From NCBI GenBank assembly GCA_051530055.1, contig CM121342.1, positions 4,401,489-4,465,488 on the forward strand: 64,000 nucleotides of DNA, in the 5' to 3' direction. The stretch comes from Neoechinorhynchus agilis (taxonomy: Eukaryota > Animalia > Acanthocephala). The notes under the pieces were generated by a model. That model had not been told where the DNA came from, ran no database searches, and saw nothing but the letters and a program-made list of their open reading frames with translations. Positions 35,373 through 50,229 of this stretch are shown here, piece by piece. Position 1 is the stretch's first letter; each line of letters starts with the position of its first letter. Made by a program: the position numbers and the translations under genes.

Positions 35373-37591
35373 TGTATTATTTCAATGTGAGCGGTCATTG
35401 ATAATTTTGTAGGCGATAAATTCAGTTCTCGATTTTACAAGACTATCAGAACAAAGTTTTAAGATTGTACAACTACGTTTCGCTTACTCTAATTGTACCA
35501 AAAACACCTAATGATTAATAATCTGCTTTTGAATACCTTAGGTGTTTATGTTATAAAACTACAAAAGCTTAACGAGCACAACTTCGATTTAAAATTCCTT
35601 AAGTCTTTTAAGCACAGAAGTTAACTAACTTTAGGTATGGATATCGTTTTTAGGATTAGTGCAAGAAAAATGCTATTTAATTTGAATTGCATCTATAGAT
35701 TACATCGCTCAAGAACTATTTTTGTTCTTATCACCAAACCTTCCTCAATATTTCGAACTATTTTCTTTATAAATTTAAATTCCTAATAATAGCACTTACA
35801 TAGCTGGCTTCGGATTCTGACTCAATTGTACTCATTTCCTTTTTGGTTGCTGTAAAGTATCGTTAAGTTTACTCTTTGATAATCGAGTTCTTCTTATATC
35901 AACTTTCAAGGTTGTCAATGTGTTTTCCTTTGGGGATGCTTGGGTTTGTCACACGAGCGGTATGGGGCATACAATTACGCTGAGCTCTCAAACTTCATAG
36001 GGAAATGAGTCACCGTCTTTCTTTGTAAAATTTTATGTGAACCTTCTCAATATAATTGTCTGACTCCGTTCTCGAATGAGGTATAGTTATGTAATTGGTG
36101 ATTGGCAAGTCCTGAATCTTTGTACGGGATGAGACCGAAATCTGCTTAACGTTCACTAAAAGCTTATCTTGATCCGATTGCAAACTGAACACGCTTTTGT
36201 GCAAATTGGCACCCATCAAACAGTTAAGAATACTTAATGGAAGCAAATCCTAAGGCGTTAAAACAATTGTGTTCAATTCACAGAACTAATAGCGATGGTA
36301 AGTGGGTCTTAGGCGGCTCATTAAGAACCTTTTTCGAAGTAGTGTAGCATTTATCCCGTTTAGGGTATATAAAAATTTAGTTCTAATACATTTTTTACTC
36401 GGATTTGTTAAGATCGCGGTTTACACATGGAACAAGCAGAGGTTTTCTTATAACAGAAAAGTCAACTGGCGCATAGAAAATGATCCAATAAACTACACGC
36501 CTATCGTCCATTAGTTCTTTGACTTCTTTTTAACAAACATCCTTGTATAAAATTTAAAGCACTGAAATAATGTGGAACACTAGTTCGAGAGCACACAACA
36601 TTTATGTTTTTGAAAACTTCAAAAAATCCAAAAGTGCTAATTTCTGGATTTCCGTTAACGTTAGAATTATCGCTAACGTAGTTATAAAATTAAGTCTTCG
36701 AACAATGAGAAACCGGATTAAACTTGATTTTTTGAGCTAATTTTAATTCTACTTTTTACAGTACGTTTCTTATACATTTAACCTCTGTCATTTTCAAGAA
36801 ACATCAAGAGAAAATCCTCGAGGATGATAGGGTTGGGACGGCTGTAGACTTAATAACGATGATCGGTAGCTGGGCACCGCCCTCTCTCTTCCGATAACTC
36901 CGATTGAAATTATTCTTTTATTCTATTTACCGGCTACGATTATAGGCGTGATAGGAATTGTAGTCTTAATGATCTTTCAATTCGGCTTATAACAATCTAT
37001 CACCTTCTTGGTATGAAAGATGGTATTTTCGTAAATATTTCTTACTATTTCAGTTTTAGAACGAAAACCTGTAAGAGAACAAAGGTGAGAAACTCATTAG
37101 ATTGAGTTTCCATATCTTTTAAATCTTGCACTTTATTTATTTTTCACATGTTGTGAAACACTGGTGACAGACAACCATGAACATGCCATTGAAATCTCTT
37201 GAAAATCATTTAACCGCGAAAATATCAACATTTTAATGAATCCGGACTTCATGAAACTCTTTTGAAAGCGGCAGGCAACTTTTATTTTAGGTTGTGCAAA
37301 ATTGGTATGTCCTGGATGACAAATAGTTTCCCAGCACAGAATAACCCAAGTCGTTATTTTGGTACAATGGAGCGATTAGTAGAATCGAATCAACTAGAGT
37401 TACCCATCTAACGGTTCGAGAAGTTCATTCTAGAGCAAAAGTAGATCATAATCTATTTTCTCGTCCATGTCTTAGAAAATTCGCCGATCTTATTGAACAA
37501 AAACAACAGAGCTTAATGCACATTCCAATTTATATTTCACTCAGTACGTATGGCAGTCAAACGAGCAGATGACTCTTCTCTCATCCTAAGT

Positions 37592-40558
37592 CTAATCGTT
37601 GGTTCTAAATATATTTTGTGGCTGAGAGCAATCGGTAGGAAGTGGACTACTTTTCTCAATATGTTCCACCGCCTCCTGTACGGTCAAAAATGCAAAAAGT
37701 TCGTCAAAGTCTTCGAAAAATCCGGTCTTGTTCGCAGTCTTCAACAATTGCTCTGTTAACGCATAAAGAAAAGGGGAGTAGAATGGTGAAACGGACGAAC
37801 CTCGCAATCCACACAGCATTAGTCGCGTCCCATGAGCCTCAGCGATCTCATCTATCTATCCATCTCTTTCAGAATTCTTTAACAAACAAAAATTCAAACC
37901 TCTAATAATGACTGTAGACCAACGGAGTCGATTGCGAACATCATTGAACAATCAAGGATAAGAAATTTTGCGTAGACGCCTGGTTTGACGTCCAAAACCG
38001 GTTCAGCACGCCCGCGTCTTGACCTTACTGAACCGATAATCTCGAAAACAATCTGTTCGACAAAAAAGGTTTTTTGTGTAGATTATAAACCTTTTGATGT
38101 ATGGCATATATCGAAGGATTATTGTGACCCCAATCATATCCACATTCGTGCCATACACGTTTTTTCAAATATTTGGCATTATATGAGACCAAAGGTGCTT
38201 CCATTAGAATTATTTTAACGTGATCGATTTCATTGACCTGCAAAGTACAACGAAGTATTGATAATAGATAAAAGTCCAAGAAGCACTAACCGAGAACACA
38301 TCTTTATCAAGAAAAACGTTTGGACTACATGGTAGTCGACCAAGGATCTTTATTGCTGGTCTAAACAAAGAGAAAATTGAGAATTCTAAAGATAGTGGAA
38401 AAAGAAGTATCACGAATCATACCTTTGGATTGTTATTGTGTTTAGAAGGAGTGAGAGAACAATGCTCATGAAGAGGCCAGTGTCCACATCGAGGATAAGA
38501 GTAGATAAAAACGCACTCATCCATACAAGCTAAAGTATATTTGTCAAATCAATAACTAAATTAAAAATAAACTTACACCCTCGATTCTCGTAATTCGCCA
38601 ATAATGAAAGCATTCCTTTACTTGCAACACTGTCGGTACTATACTAACAATGACAATCGATGCCAGAATTACCTTTAAAATCATTCGAGTATGCTGAAAA
38701 TCATAGAGAAAAAAGTTTAAACTTACGTGGGGAAGATACTGAAGATAACTGGTTAATGTATAAGTAATAATTACGAGAAATAGAGATGACACGACGGACG
38801 CCAGCTACAATGATCTAGTTTTATTAAATCGATTTTCATCAATGGAACTTTGTTGAAATGTTAATCACTCAATGTGTAGCAGAGCAATATTCGGTTTATT
38901 AATTCGAGGAAAAGTACAATGTCAAGTTCTTTTATCGCCTTGAATTGTCAAAACAGAAAAATTATTATTTTCGTTTTTACGTTGACTCGCTCATTTTTAA
39001 ATAAGTTAGCCCGATGGGATGTAAAACGGAAAATTTGAAATCTGTTTTGGTTTTTTCGATCGTGACAACATTCTCAAATGAAATACTTTTAAATTTTGAG
39101 AACAAAAGTTACCTGAGACTGTTGAAGGTTGGTTGCACCGACAGCCGTCCTGGATATCGCTCCACAAGCCGGAAAACAAGCGAAGAAGCTTATTAGAATG
39201 TTCGTGATACCATAAGCAAAGAGTTCCTTTAATTTTTGAGTAAATCGTAAAGTGAAAAGTGTTTTTACCTGATCCATGGATATTCTATACCCGTATGTGT
39301 CCGCATATCGTGCAGCAATTGAGAAATTCATGGCTATAGTGACGATAGCGACACTAAGAAAATCCATTCCGATACATGATAAATGCTTTGTTGGAGGCAA
39401 AGTAGGTTTTGGTAACCTATTTAATGTTGAACCTTAAAGAATATAATACGAGATGAGGTTATATACCCGCTAGGCATAAGTCCAATAGATGTGATGTTGT
39501 ATTTGGTATTTACACTTGAATTTGAGCAAACAATGGTCGCAATTACAATCTAATTCGACGAAATTGTTCAAATACGAACTTATTTTGAGTAGACTTACAG
39601 CGAATACTTCGAGTGGGAGAACGATCTTGACATATTTAATGTACTTTTTGTTCAAGAATCTGCCCAATGAGAGAGGAATGACAGTTATAACGAAAACGAT
39701 AACTGTCGCTGGATTGGACTGATGTACACTCTTGAATATATAATACCATCTTTTAAAGAAAACTCCGAATCCACTCGCCCTTTCCACACTGAATCCAAAT
39801 GCTGGCGGGATTTGACTTGTTAGGACGTAAACTCCCGCTGCACAGAGGTATCCACTAACTAAAGCGTCCGTTAGGTAGCTACTTAAGACTCCACATCGTA
39901 GAATGGCCATAACGATCAATGCGATTCCAACCACGAGTGCTAATGAAGTTGCGATTTCAGTTCGTAAGAGCAAAATAGACGGCAAATCGTCTGCGAGAGA
40001 TTCATTTTGAGCTATTTGTTGTTGGACACACTTATCAGTGGTTTCTTTTATAAGAAGAGACATTACAGCAATTGTTCCTTTTAAATAGTGAAAGGAATTT
40101 TTTAAAACAAAAGACTTTACCCAATGATAAATGTCTTGATCCTCCAAATATCGCGTAAAATATCGGCGCAAATAAAGAGACGTATAATCCATTTGCCGTG
40201 TTCACTCCGGCTAAATTTCCATAAGCAAGACCTTTTTTAGGCGATATGGATAAAGTTCAATTTAAAAACTTTTACCTTGAGCAATATGGACAAATCCAAC
40301 GGCTGAACCAGCTAGAAAATCATAGAATATATAATTAGATTTATATTTACTTAAAAGTTCGATGCACTGGAACCGTACGAGAATGAATTTTAGAATGGCT
40401 GTCAAATTGATTCGCCGTATATAGAACTGTTTAATTTTATCCTTGAACGTTTGATGAAGTGAAGATCGATAATGAATAGCGGTTATTTTCCTCATTTCAG
40501 GAACTGTAAATTTTCTAACTGTTTCTGGCCCAATCTCTTGGCCACGTTCATCCGACAT
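37592..40558 (-). CDS. SLC26/SulP-family anion transporter, paralog A (multi-exon, with STAS domain)
   Basis: DFLAGSAVGFVHIAQG|LAYGNLAGV..GLYVSLFAPIFYAIFGGSRHLSLG, GYLCAAG, FPACGAISRTAV, STAS-like tail GFFEDF..FLTVQEAV. Confidence 0.92.
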
Positions 40559-41183
40559 TTTTGGTTGTAACAATAAAGACGAAGAGTCCTGGATCTACAT
40601 GTGAACGAAGAAATAAATTAAAAAAATGGATTTTTTATCGTAGTTGAGATGATTTCATTTTCAAAGACATTCAAAAATAAAAACTTTACGATCACCACAA
40701 AACCTTTCTTAGGTTTTTAGGCGACGTAAAAACGTTGATTCATTCGTCAAAATGCACCATGGCGTGCTCGAATGGTTCTTTTCTTAACAAATAACATTCC
40801 TATGAGAAGAACGACACTTAAGACGTGTTCAAAGATTTTCCGTTAAGTGTCTCCTTTATCGATATTGAACAAACATCACGAAGGTTTCCTTAAAAAAACG
40901 CTCCTTACTTACATTCCTTTCGCTTTGTTGCCCCATTGTTTTATCTGACAGCTCTTTACCTAAAAATGCCTCCTTTAAATGTACCCGGAAGTTTCGACTT
41001 CATCCCGTGAACTCAGTCGTAATCTGGCCCCGAATTTGCATGGTTCAAGGCCTGTGATCATTGAACCAAACGAGTACTTAGTCCTTTCGCATTTGAAACT
41101 TATCCAGGATTAGTTCATCTCTCGTAGTCCAAAGATATATATTTTCTCAGCTTTAATAAAAGAATAAATCTTCTGGGAGATGA

Positions 41184-42150
41184 GTTGTAGAAACACTTTT
41201 TTTAATATATTTCAACTTCGTTTTATCCGAGAAAATCAAGTCGCTTTTCCCATCAGAAATATCAACAATAAAATGGAACAAAAACAAATTATAAATTTAA
41301 AAAAATCAACAATTGTCTATTACGTCTATCTTAGATTTATATTCCAATCTATAAATTTATTTTAATTCCAATATCTTCAAAAGGCGTCGCGTTTCAACTC
41401 GAATCAATCATTCGAACGGTCCACAAATTTCCATAAAATGTAAATCGGAAAAAATCTCGGTTTGGAAAAACTCACATTCTCATCACAGAAACTTACATTT
41501 GAAAATAAAACTTATAAAGGTTGCGTTGTAGAAACACTTTTTTTAATATATTTCAACTTCGTTTTATCCGAGAAAATCAAGTCGCTTTTCCCATCAGAAA
41601 TATCAACAATAAAATGGAACAAAAATAAATTATAAATTTAAAAAAATCAACAATTGTCTATTACGTCTATCTTAGATTTATATTCCAATCTATAAATTTA
41701 TTTTAATTCCAATATCTTCAAAAGGCGTCGCGTTTCAACTCGAATCAATCATTCGAACGGTCCACAAATTTCCATAAAATGTAAATCGGAAAAAATCTCG
41801 GTTTGGAAAAACTCACATTCTCATCACAGAAACTTACATTTGAAAATAAAACTTATAAAGGTTGCGTTGTAGAAACACTTTTTTAATATATTTCAACTTC
41901 GTTTTATCCGAGAAAATCAAGTCGCTTTTCCCATCAGAAATATCAACAATAAAATGGAACAAAAATAAATTATAAATTTAAAAAATCAACAATTGTCTCT
42001 TACGTCTATCTTAGATTTATATTCCAATCTATAAATTTATTTTAATTCCAATATCTTCAAAAGGCGTCGCGTTTCAACTCGAATCAATCATTCGAACGGT
42101 CCACAAATTTCCATAAAATGTAAATCGGAAAAAATCTCGGTTTGGAAAAA
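41184..42150. repeat. Tandem repeat, 341-bp unit x 2.8
   Basis: gttgtagaaacac recurs at 41184, 41525 and 41866. Confidence 0.95.
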
Positions 42151-43600
42151 TCAGAGCTCACATTCCAATCAAAAAACTTACAAAGGTTGAAAAATCTCGA
42201 GAGTACACATAATTAGTGATGAAAAGTGGTAAATATTGAAATTAAGTTTTATTCTGCAATTGAATAAAACTACAAACCTCAGGTTATCTCGATCAGAAGA
42301 GATTTGGATGTAGATTTTGGGCGTCGGAATGTCGATTCTAGACTTATCAAATATACAAAGAAAATAAATATCGATTCGGTAAGCGATGTCTTTTAGTAGT
42401 CCATTTCCTTTGGAAATAGGACCTAAAGCTGTCCGGTTGTTTGAAACTTGCAAATGAATTACCTATTCATTGCAATCTCAGTTGTCGATCACGTCGAGAT
42501 AAATAGATTTTGCAAAAGATGTATATGATATACGGAGAGACTTTACAAGGTATTTGGTTCTTCGGATGAGCAAAGCGATCAATTTCAAATACTTTGAGTT
42601 TTTAATAGTAAACATTAGGATCCTTCACACTTCTTGCATTTGGTTCCTAAGTCAAATGATTTAATCAATGGTGGTATTAAGAACACAGTATTATTCAACT
42701 AAATCAGGGATTATGGTTAAAAGTTAAATTCATGAAATAGAAGAGAGCATGAACAATCGCTTTTATGTTTCTCGTTCGGCACCATGAAATCATTTTCATT
42801 ATTATTATTTTATGCGAAAATATTACACTTTTTCAAATTTTTTAAGAGATCATGCACTTTTGTGCCTCAAAAAGCTTCAATTGCAAAATGGATTCGACCA
42901 AGATTACGATTATTACAACGATTTAAAATGACGATAATTCACTTTCACTTTATTGTTTTATCCGATTAGCAAGTACAACGTTGAACACATCCACCACAAC
43001 TCTTATCGAGATATAGTATGTGAAGAATGACGAATCAGATATAAATCTTAAAGGTTTCATTGATATCGCATTGAAAAGACTACAAGAAAAATGTTGAACG
43101 TTGCAACGAAGACTTGGGCAAAGCAGTTCAATGGTCCAATTGGATAAAAATCTTACTAAATCTTTCATTTAAAGTCCCAACTATATTCGTGTACAAACTG
43201 TAAGCTCGAAAAACGATTGCTCACCACACAGAAAACGTCTTAGAGTTTCAAAAGGAGGGCACACACTTGATACGGACTTGAGATTGCATTCCATCGCCTT
43301 CAATCTTCTTCGCTTAGCACTCAGTCTAATGTCTCAATATGCAAAACTGTTGATTTCTCCAAATGCATATCGACTTCACTTCTTTTTCAATGATGGTGAT
43401 TTAATAACATTTGCTATTACATGCTTTCAATATTATTGATCTATAATAGCAATCGAATTCACAATCAAACTCCGTTAAATGTTAAAGGCGTTACTCTACT
43501 TTAGAATGCCCAGTTTATGTACGTAAACAACGTAAAAATTTATCGAACGGCTAGTTTGAAATCAATAAAAGTCAATAATGATTTGAGCATATAGACTTTT

Positions 43601-45222
43601 GAGGCTTTCTAATAAAATTTTGGTATATGAGATTATTTGTGTCTTCGGAAAATCCCTATTATCGAAGAACTCCGATCATAGTAAGGCACAAAATCAGTCA
43701 ATGCTTAATCAATATTGTTGGAAGCTCTTAAAGATTATGGTAGCATAATTTCTTCTACTTATCAGTCGAATTCTTTATTTTTTCAAACAGTGTAAGATTT
43801 TAAATTTCTTAAACGCAATTATGAGGCTTTCTAATAAAATTTTGGTATATGAGATTATTTGTGTCTTCGGAAAATCCCTATTATCGAAGAACTCCGATCA
43901 TAGTAAGGCACAAAATCAGTCAATGCTTAATCAATATTGTTGGAAGCTCTTAAAGATTATGGTAGCATAATTTCTTCTACTTATCAGTCGAATTCTTTAT
44001 TTTTTCAAACAGTGTAAGATTTTAAATTTCTTAAACGCAATTATGAGGCTTTCTAATAAAATTTTGGTATATGAGATTATTTGTGTCTTCGGAAAATCCC
44101 TATTATCGAAGAACTCCGATCATAGTAAGGCACAAAATCAGTCAATGCTTAATCAATATTGTTGGAAGCTCTTAAAGATTATGGTAGCATAATTTCTTCT
44201 ACTTATCAGTCGAATTCTTTATTTTTTCAAACAGTGTAAGATTTTAAATTTCTTAAACGCAATTATGAGGCTTTCTAATAAAATTTTGGTATATGAGATT
44301 ATTGTGTCTTCGGAAAATCCCTATTATCGAAGAACTCCGATCATAGTAAGGCACAAAATCAGTCAATGCTTAATCAATATTGTTGGAAGCTCTTAAAGAT
44401 TATGGTAGCATAATTTCTTCTACTTATCAGTCGAATTCTTTATTTTTTCAAACAGTGTAAGATTTTAAATTTCTTAAACGCAATTATGAGGCTTTCTAAT
44501 AAAATTTTGGTATATGAGATTATTTGTGTCTTCGGAAAATCCCTATTATCGAAGAACTCCGATCATAGTAAGGCACAAAATCAGTCAATGCTTAATCAAT
44601 ATTGTTGGAAGCTCTTAAAGATTATGGTAGCATAATTTCTTCTACTTATCAGTCGAATTCTTTATTTTTTCAAACAGTGTAAGATTTTAAATTTCTTAAA
44701 CGCAATTATGAGGCTTTCTAATAAAATTTTGGTATATGAGATTATTTGTCTTCGGAAAATCCCTATTATCGAAGAACTCCGATCATAGTAAGGCACAAAA
44801 TCAGTCAATGCTTAATCAATATTGTTGGAAGCTCTTAAAGATTATGGTAGCATAATTTCTTCTACTTATCATCGAATTCTTTATTTTTCAAACAGTGTAA
44901 GATTTTAAATTTCTTAAACGCAATTATGAGGCTTTCTAATAAAATTTTGGTATATGAGATTATTTGTGTCTTCGGAAAATCCCTATTATCGAAGAACTCC
45001 GATCATAGTAGGCACAAAATCAGTCAATGCTTAATCAATATTGTTGGAAGCTCTTAAAGATTATGGTAGCATAATTTCTTCTACTTATCAGTCGAATTCT
45101 TTATTTTTTCAAACAGTGTAAGATTTTAAATTTCTTAAACGCAATTATGAGGCTTTCTAATAAAATTTTGGTATATGAGATTATTTGTGTCTTCGGAAAA
45201 TCCCTATTATCGAAGAACTCCG
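43601..45222. repeat. Tandem repeat, about 222-bp unit x 7.3, highly homogeneous
   Basis: gaggctttctaataaaattttgg at 43601, 43823, 44045, 44267, 44488, 44710, 44928 and 45149. Confidence 0.96.
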
Positions 45223-45763
45223 AAACGATCATCGTAGTCTCTTTAAAAAAATTAACAGCCAAGCGAATGTATTTAAACAACATTTTCTTGGATTACTAAA
45301 AGATCTTTTATCACTTCCAACGGTTTAACGTTTCCGTTAGAATGTTCGAAAAACAACGAAAATCATTGACTTTTCGCAATTAAGATTCGATTCTGTACAG
45401 TTAAAATTTGATTATGTTGTTGAAAACAATTGCTCAGAACAACTTTATTAATAATCAGCGTAGTATTTAAAAAATGAATCCTTTATAACTATGGTTATAG
45501 TAAAAAAAATCAAATTTAATAAAGTGATTTCGATAACTGACCACTCTCAAGTTGATACACAACTTTGATTGACCTTCATATCTTAAATATTGATAGAAAT
45601 CTCGCAATGCTGATCATAATAAAAATGCTTCCATCGCCAATCAATAAGACTTAGTGTAGATGACTGATTCGAAAATAACTGTTTAGGTCCCGGTGATTTT
45701 TGTTTTAAAATGTCGATATGTGAGCAGGTACCGAGGGTGAGTGATAATTAATTAAATTATTTG

Positions 45764-45937
45764 TTTTGGTCTTCGCCGAGTAGAAAACGTTTTATTAAAG
45801 ACATTCTGCGAACCTCACCGGATTCCTCATCATTTTTTTTAGTTTTCGAGTGTTTGCAACTAACAAACTGATGATGATCCCGGCGAGGTTCGCAGAACGT
45901 CTTTAACAAAACGTATTCTACTCGGCGAAGACCAAAA
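45764..45937. repeat. Imperfect palindrome whose arms carry degenerate hammerhead motifs
   Basis: Right arm ctgatgatgatcccggcgaggttcgcagaacgtc; the reverse complement of the left arm is tgatgaggaatccggtgaggttcgcagaatgtc; both continue ttctactcggcgaagacc. Confidence 0.8.
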
Positions 45938-46021
45938 TAAAGATTTAATGAGTCTAAAAAAATTAGAATCATTTGCGAATTCCGCATTTTTCCAGATTGC
46001 GCCATTTATTTCATTTTTTTG

Positions 46022-46158
46022 ATGAGGGCAAAATAAAGAAAAATGATTTAATATTTCGTCCTCTACGTCTTGGGACTCCTTTTAGAATTGCTTGTGAGTT
46101 TTAAGTCCCACGACGTAGAGGACCAAATATTAAATAATTGTTCTTTATTTCGCCTAAC
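46022..46158. mobile_element. Small MITE-like hairpin
   Basis: atttaatatttcgtcctctacgtcttgggact (46046-46077) pairs with agtcccacgacgtagaggaccaaatattaaat (46104-46135), with weaker outer extension. Confidence 0.6.
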
Positions 46159-47038
46159 AAATTTATTGCATTTTATCATCGTCCAAACGAAATGCTCTAT
46201 TTTAAGGTCTATATTGAAATAAGCCTCTTTTTTAATTAAATAAAAATGCTATTTCAGAAGCAAGGTAAGCGAGTGCACATATTACACCGTGAGTATATTA
46301 CTGACGATATTTTCGTCATGCTGCCTTCCAAGACAGAGGCTCGACTAAAAAGGTGGCGAGGAATCTGCATTAGTTATTTTTAAATTTTTTAAACTCAAAA
46401 AATCTATAGTTTTATTGGTTTTATTAATCAAGTTTTATAAGCAACTTTTTTATTGTCTTAAAAAAGTATCATATTTAAATACCTTATCGTTCTTCGACTC
46501 ATGAAATGATCTAATAATCCAGCGACGAAGCCATTCTCTTTACTCGCAATTCTTAAATATCATATTTCCCAACATTTACTGAGCTCCCACGCTTTTTCTC
46601 TTCGCTGCAAATCAGTTTCCGGTATCTTTAAAAGTACACTCACATTCCTACTTTACATTGTTCTGTCAATACCACAGCCATTATTAAATGTTAAAAAAAA
46701 TTGTTGATTGCTCCTATTTGGCGAGTCCCCCTTATTAAGTCTCCTTAATGACAGCATGGTTCCTGCAAAGGCATCTTTTAAAATGGTATACTTCACTGAT
46801 TTACAATAACTCTATGAGCTTTCTATCATCGATTATCGATTCCAATCATTCTTCTTATTAAAATATAATAACCGAATTTTTCACACCGTTAATACTGTAA
46901 AAAATTGGCTTTAGAGCGGAAAAAATTAGTTTTCTCTTATGTATTTACATAGGACGTCTCTAATAGTCGATTGTTCTTGAGTTTAAGCCTAGAATAAGAT
47001 TGTTATTAAATTAAACTATAATTTGTTCGTGCATTCCC

Positions 47039-50000
47039 ATGTCCAGTTTGAAGATGACCAATCAGAATCTTGAACTAATCTATGAGATTAATGCTCTGGA
47101 CACCGGTCCTTTCGACGCTCACAAGATGCGCCAATATACACTTATGAGACCTCATCCGACAATCCAACAAAAGCTGAAGAGAAAAATGAAAACATTTTAT
47201 ATCCGCCGGATTAATATGCCCGCAATTTTAAAATTCCTGCTTGTCCGATTTCCGCTTTTGGAAACCATTGGTAACTACAATATGAAGGATATTTTATACG
47301 ACTGTCTGTCTGGAGCATCAATTGGATTCGTCCACGTGGCTCAAGGTAAATCCAATTCTCTATGCAATCGAACAAAAAACCGTTTGCAGGTTTAGCCTAT
47401 GCAAATCTGGCCGGAGTCAATACTGCCAGTGGTCTTTATACGTCGTTATTTGCTCCAATATTCTACGCGATTTTGGGAGGATCAAAACACTTGTCAATGG
47501 GTTGAATTAATTATTTTAAATCAAATCACCACTAAAATTCTTTAAGGCACATTTGCCGTAGTTTCTTTGCTGACAAAAGGAGTTACTGAAAATTGCGTTC
47601 AACACTTTACATCCCAAAACGAATCTTTGAGCCAAAACGCTACGGCTATTGCCTTGATTCGGACTGAAGTGTCCACGTCTCTAATTCTTTTAGTCGGGAT
47701 CACTCTTGTGGCAATGGCAATATTTAAATGTGGGGTGTTGGTCAGTTATCTGACCGACTCATTGATCAGCGGCTATCTTTGCGCTTCGGGTTTTTTTGTG
47801 TTCACAAGTCAAATACCAAGCGGACTGGGATTTGTGACTGAACGTGGAAATGGACTTGGAATATTTTTCCAAAGATGGTACTACATTTTTCGGGATGTCC
47901 ATAAAGCGAATCCACCAACAGTAATCGTGTTCTTTATAACACTTATCCCTCTTTTCCTCGGTCGATATTTGAATAAAAGATACATGAAGTTCATTAAGTT
48001 CGCTTTGCCCCTCGAACTTATTGCGGTTTGTTTTCGTTTATCAAACTCCAAAGAAAATTTCACTTTTAATTTCACAAAAGATTGCGATCGCTACAGCCGT
48101 TACTGCAAATACTGACGTTGGCATACGATATCACATAAAATCAATCGGACACTTACCTAGCGGGTAAATTGATAATTTTTTATGATTTTTTAAAACTAAG
48201 CTTTAGATTACCTAAGCCAAGTATTCCACCATCGAAGTATTTCTCATGTCTAGGCTCTGGATTTTTCAGTATTGCTGTGGTCACAATGGCGATTAACTTT
48301 TCCATTGTTGCCAGATATGCGGATAAACACGGTTACAGCGTTTCAATGAACCAGGTTCGCCTATTTATTTGTCAACTTGAACTAGACAAATAAATAGGAA
48401 TTATTTGCTTACGGAATCGCCGATATATTATGTAGCTTCTTTTTATGTTTTCCGGCATGCGGTTCAATCTCACGGACCGCAATAGCTGCATCGAATCTTC
48501 AAAAAACGCAGGTAAATAGATTAAATTTTTTTTTATTAATTGCCCAAAACATTTATTGCAGTTATCCGCATTTGTCTCATCAGCGTTCCTCATCATTATC
48601 ATATACACAATTACGAGTTATTTGCAGTATCTACCTCTGGTAAGTACACATCGAGATTCTTAGCGATAAAAAAGAAAATTCAGGCAATCCTGTCAGCTAT
48701 TGTGGTTGTAAATATCATTCCTACAATCTTACAAGTTACAGAATGTATTAAGTTTTGGAAAATTACAAAAATCGAAGGGGTTTGTTCCAATAAATTGTAA
48801 AACTCATGTCTCTTTTAACTTTTCAGCTTGTATGGCTAGGTGCTTTTCTAGCAACTTTAATTTTTGACGTGGATAATGGACTATTCATAAGTATTATCAT
48901 TTCATTGCTTTTAAATACAATAACAATTCAAAGGTGCTGAACGACTGTCTCCTCAAGTGTAATGCTTAGCAGTTTTTTTACCAAATAGATCGCTAATTGA
49001 ATTCAACGTTTGATTTTTCAATGTGACACAGTCGAATATAAAATAAGTAAAATTAACGTTTTTTTAAGATTGAATCGTGCTTGCAAAATTGATTTCCTTA
49101 AAATTCACCGTCCTGTAAAACGAACAAAAGCGTGGACGCATTATTTGATCTTAACTTTTGGTTGAAATTTAAAAAATGCGCATACTTTAAACATTCGAAA
49201 TTTAGGCCGTCAATAAAAATTCTTGGGCGAATGGAATCTAATCCGAATTTGTTTTTAGATATAAGAGTATTTCCGGTAATAAAGTAGTTTTAAGTTTAAA
49301 GAAATTGTTGTTTTTATAAAGGTTAAAGAAATACAAGGCACGAAAATTGTATTGATGGCAGCACCTTTGGTTTCATACAATGCAAAATATTTAAAAAAAC
49401 GAATTTTGGAAGAGTGTCAATATCCCCGCGGTCACCGCAAACCGGCAATATTCTCACTTCACCAGAAAGTATATGAACTATCTTTAAAAATTATCATGTT
49501 TTCGATACTATCGGTGTAGATTCTCGGTTCTCTGATCGTGGATTACCAACGCGAAGATACTGAGACTGAATCTGGTAGCGTTACGTTTCCAAAGTATCTA
49601 ATTCTTGACTGCTCTATGATGTTTGCAATCGATTCCAATGGCATCCAAACTTTGCGAGAGGTAAGTGTTTGCGTGCGTCCAGTTGTCCTTGTGATTTTAC
49701 TTGATTTCTGCCTTTTAAAGTAATATTTAGCGCTGAAATGCCTTGCTTGTAATTAAAGTTCAATATTTTATCTAAGCTCTTTTAGGTCAATGAAATCACT
49801 GCATCATACGGAACACAAATAATGCTTTGTGGCTTACGAGGTTCGTAATTGTTTGAGAACGACTTTACACGGATCAATCGACTGTAGAACAAGTATTATC
49901 TACTGCAAGCAATGCAGGATTTTTCGATACTTTCAATGATAAGAATCTCTACCTCAGTGTAGGGGAGGCTGTTGAGCGAATAGAAAAAGGTAGTTCAACA

Positions 50001-50229
50001 TCGATCACGCAGTCCGATTGCAAACATTTAAATTTAATGTGCACACTTTAAAATTATTAGAATTGGAAAGTGGCAGACGAATATGTTTTTAACGAAATTT
50101 TCGAAAATAGAATGTAGCTTTCATTGCAATGATCCTACGAATACCGAAATTATTTTTTTCTTTTTAGATTGTATGCAAAAAGAAGAAGGGGATCACATTT
50201 ATGCAGAGGAAGACGATGGCATGTTTTAA
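47039..50229 (+). CDS. SLC26/SulP-family anion transporter, paralog B
   Basis: DCLSGASIGFVHVAQG|LAYANLAGV..GLYTSLFAPIFYAILGGSKHLSMG, GYLCASG, ISRTAI, YLILDCSMMFAIDSNGIQTLRE (STAS). Confidence 0.92.

Noticed and set aside
36825-36875. Minus-strand UAA...GUCCCAACCC resembling a twister ribozyme loop
   Set aside because: The conserved GC pseudoknot pairs and P1 stem could not be formed.
42310-42360. GVGMSILDLSN resembling a Polinton-type DNA polymerase B motif
   Set aside because: Only about 11 residues match and neighbouring motifs (YTDTDS) are absent.
43601-45222. 222-bp repeat contains gtaaga followed about 45 nt later by an Sm-like AAUUUUGG
   Set aside because: Such motifs are expected by chance in very AT-rich DNA and the flanking stem-loops are weak; it would need SL evidence from cDNA 5' ends.
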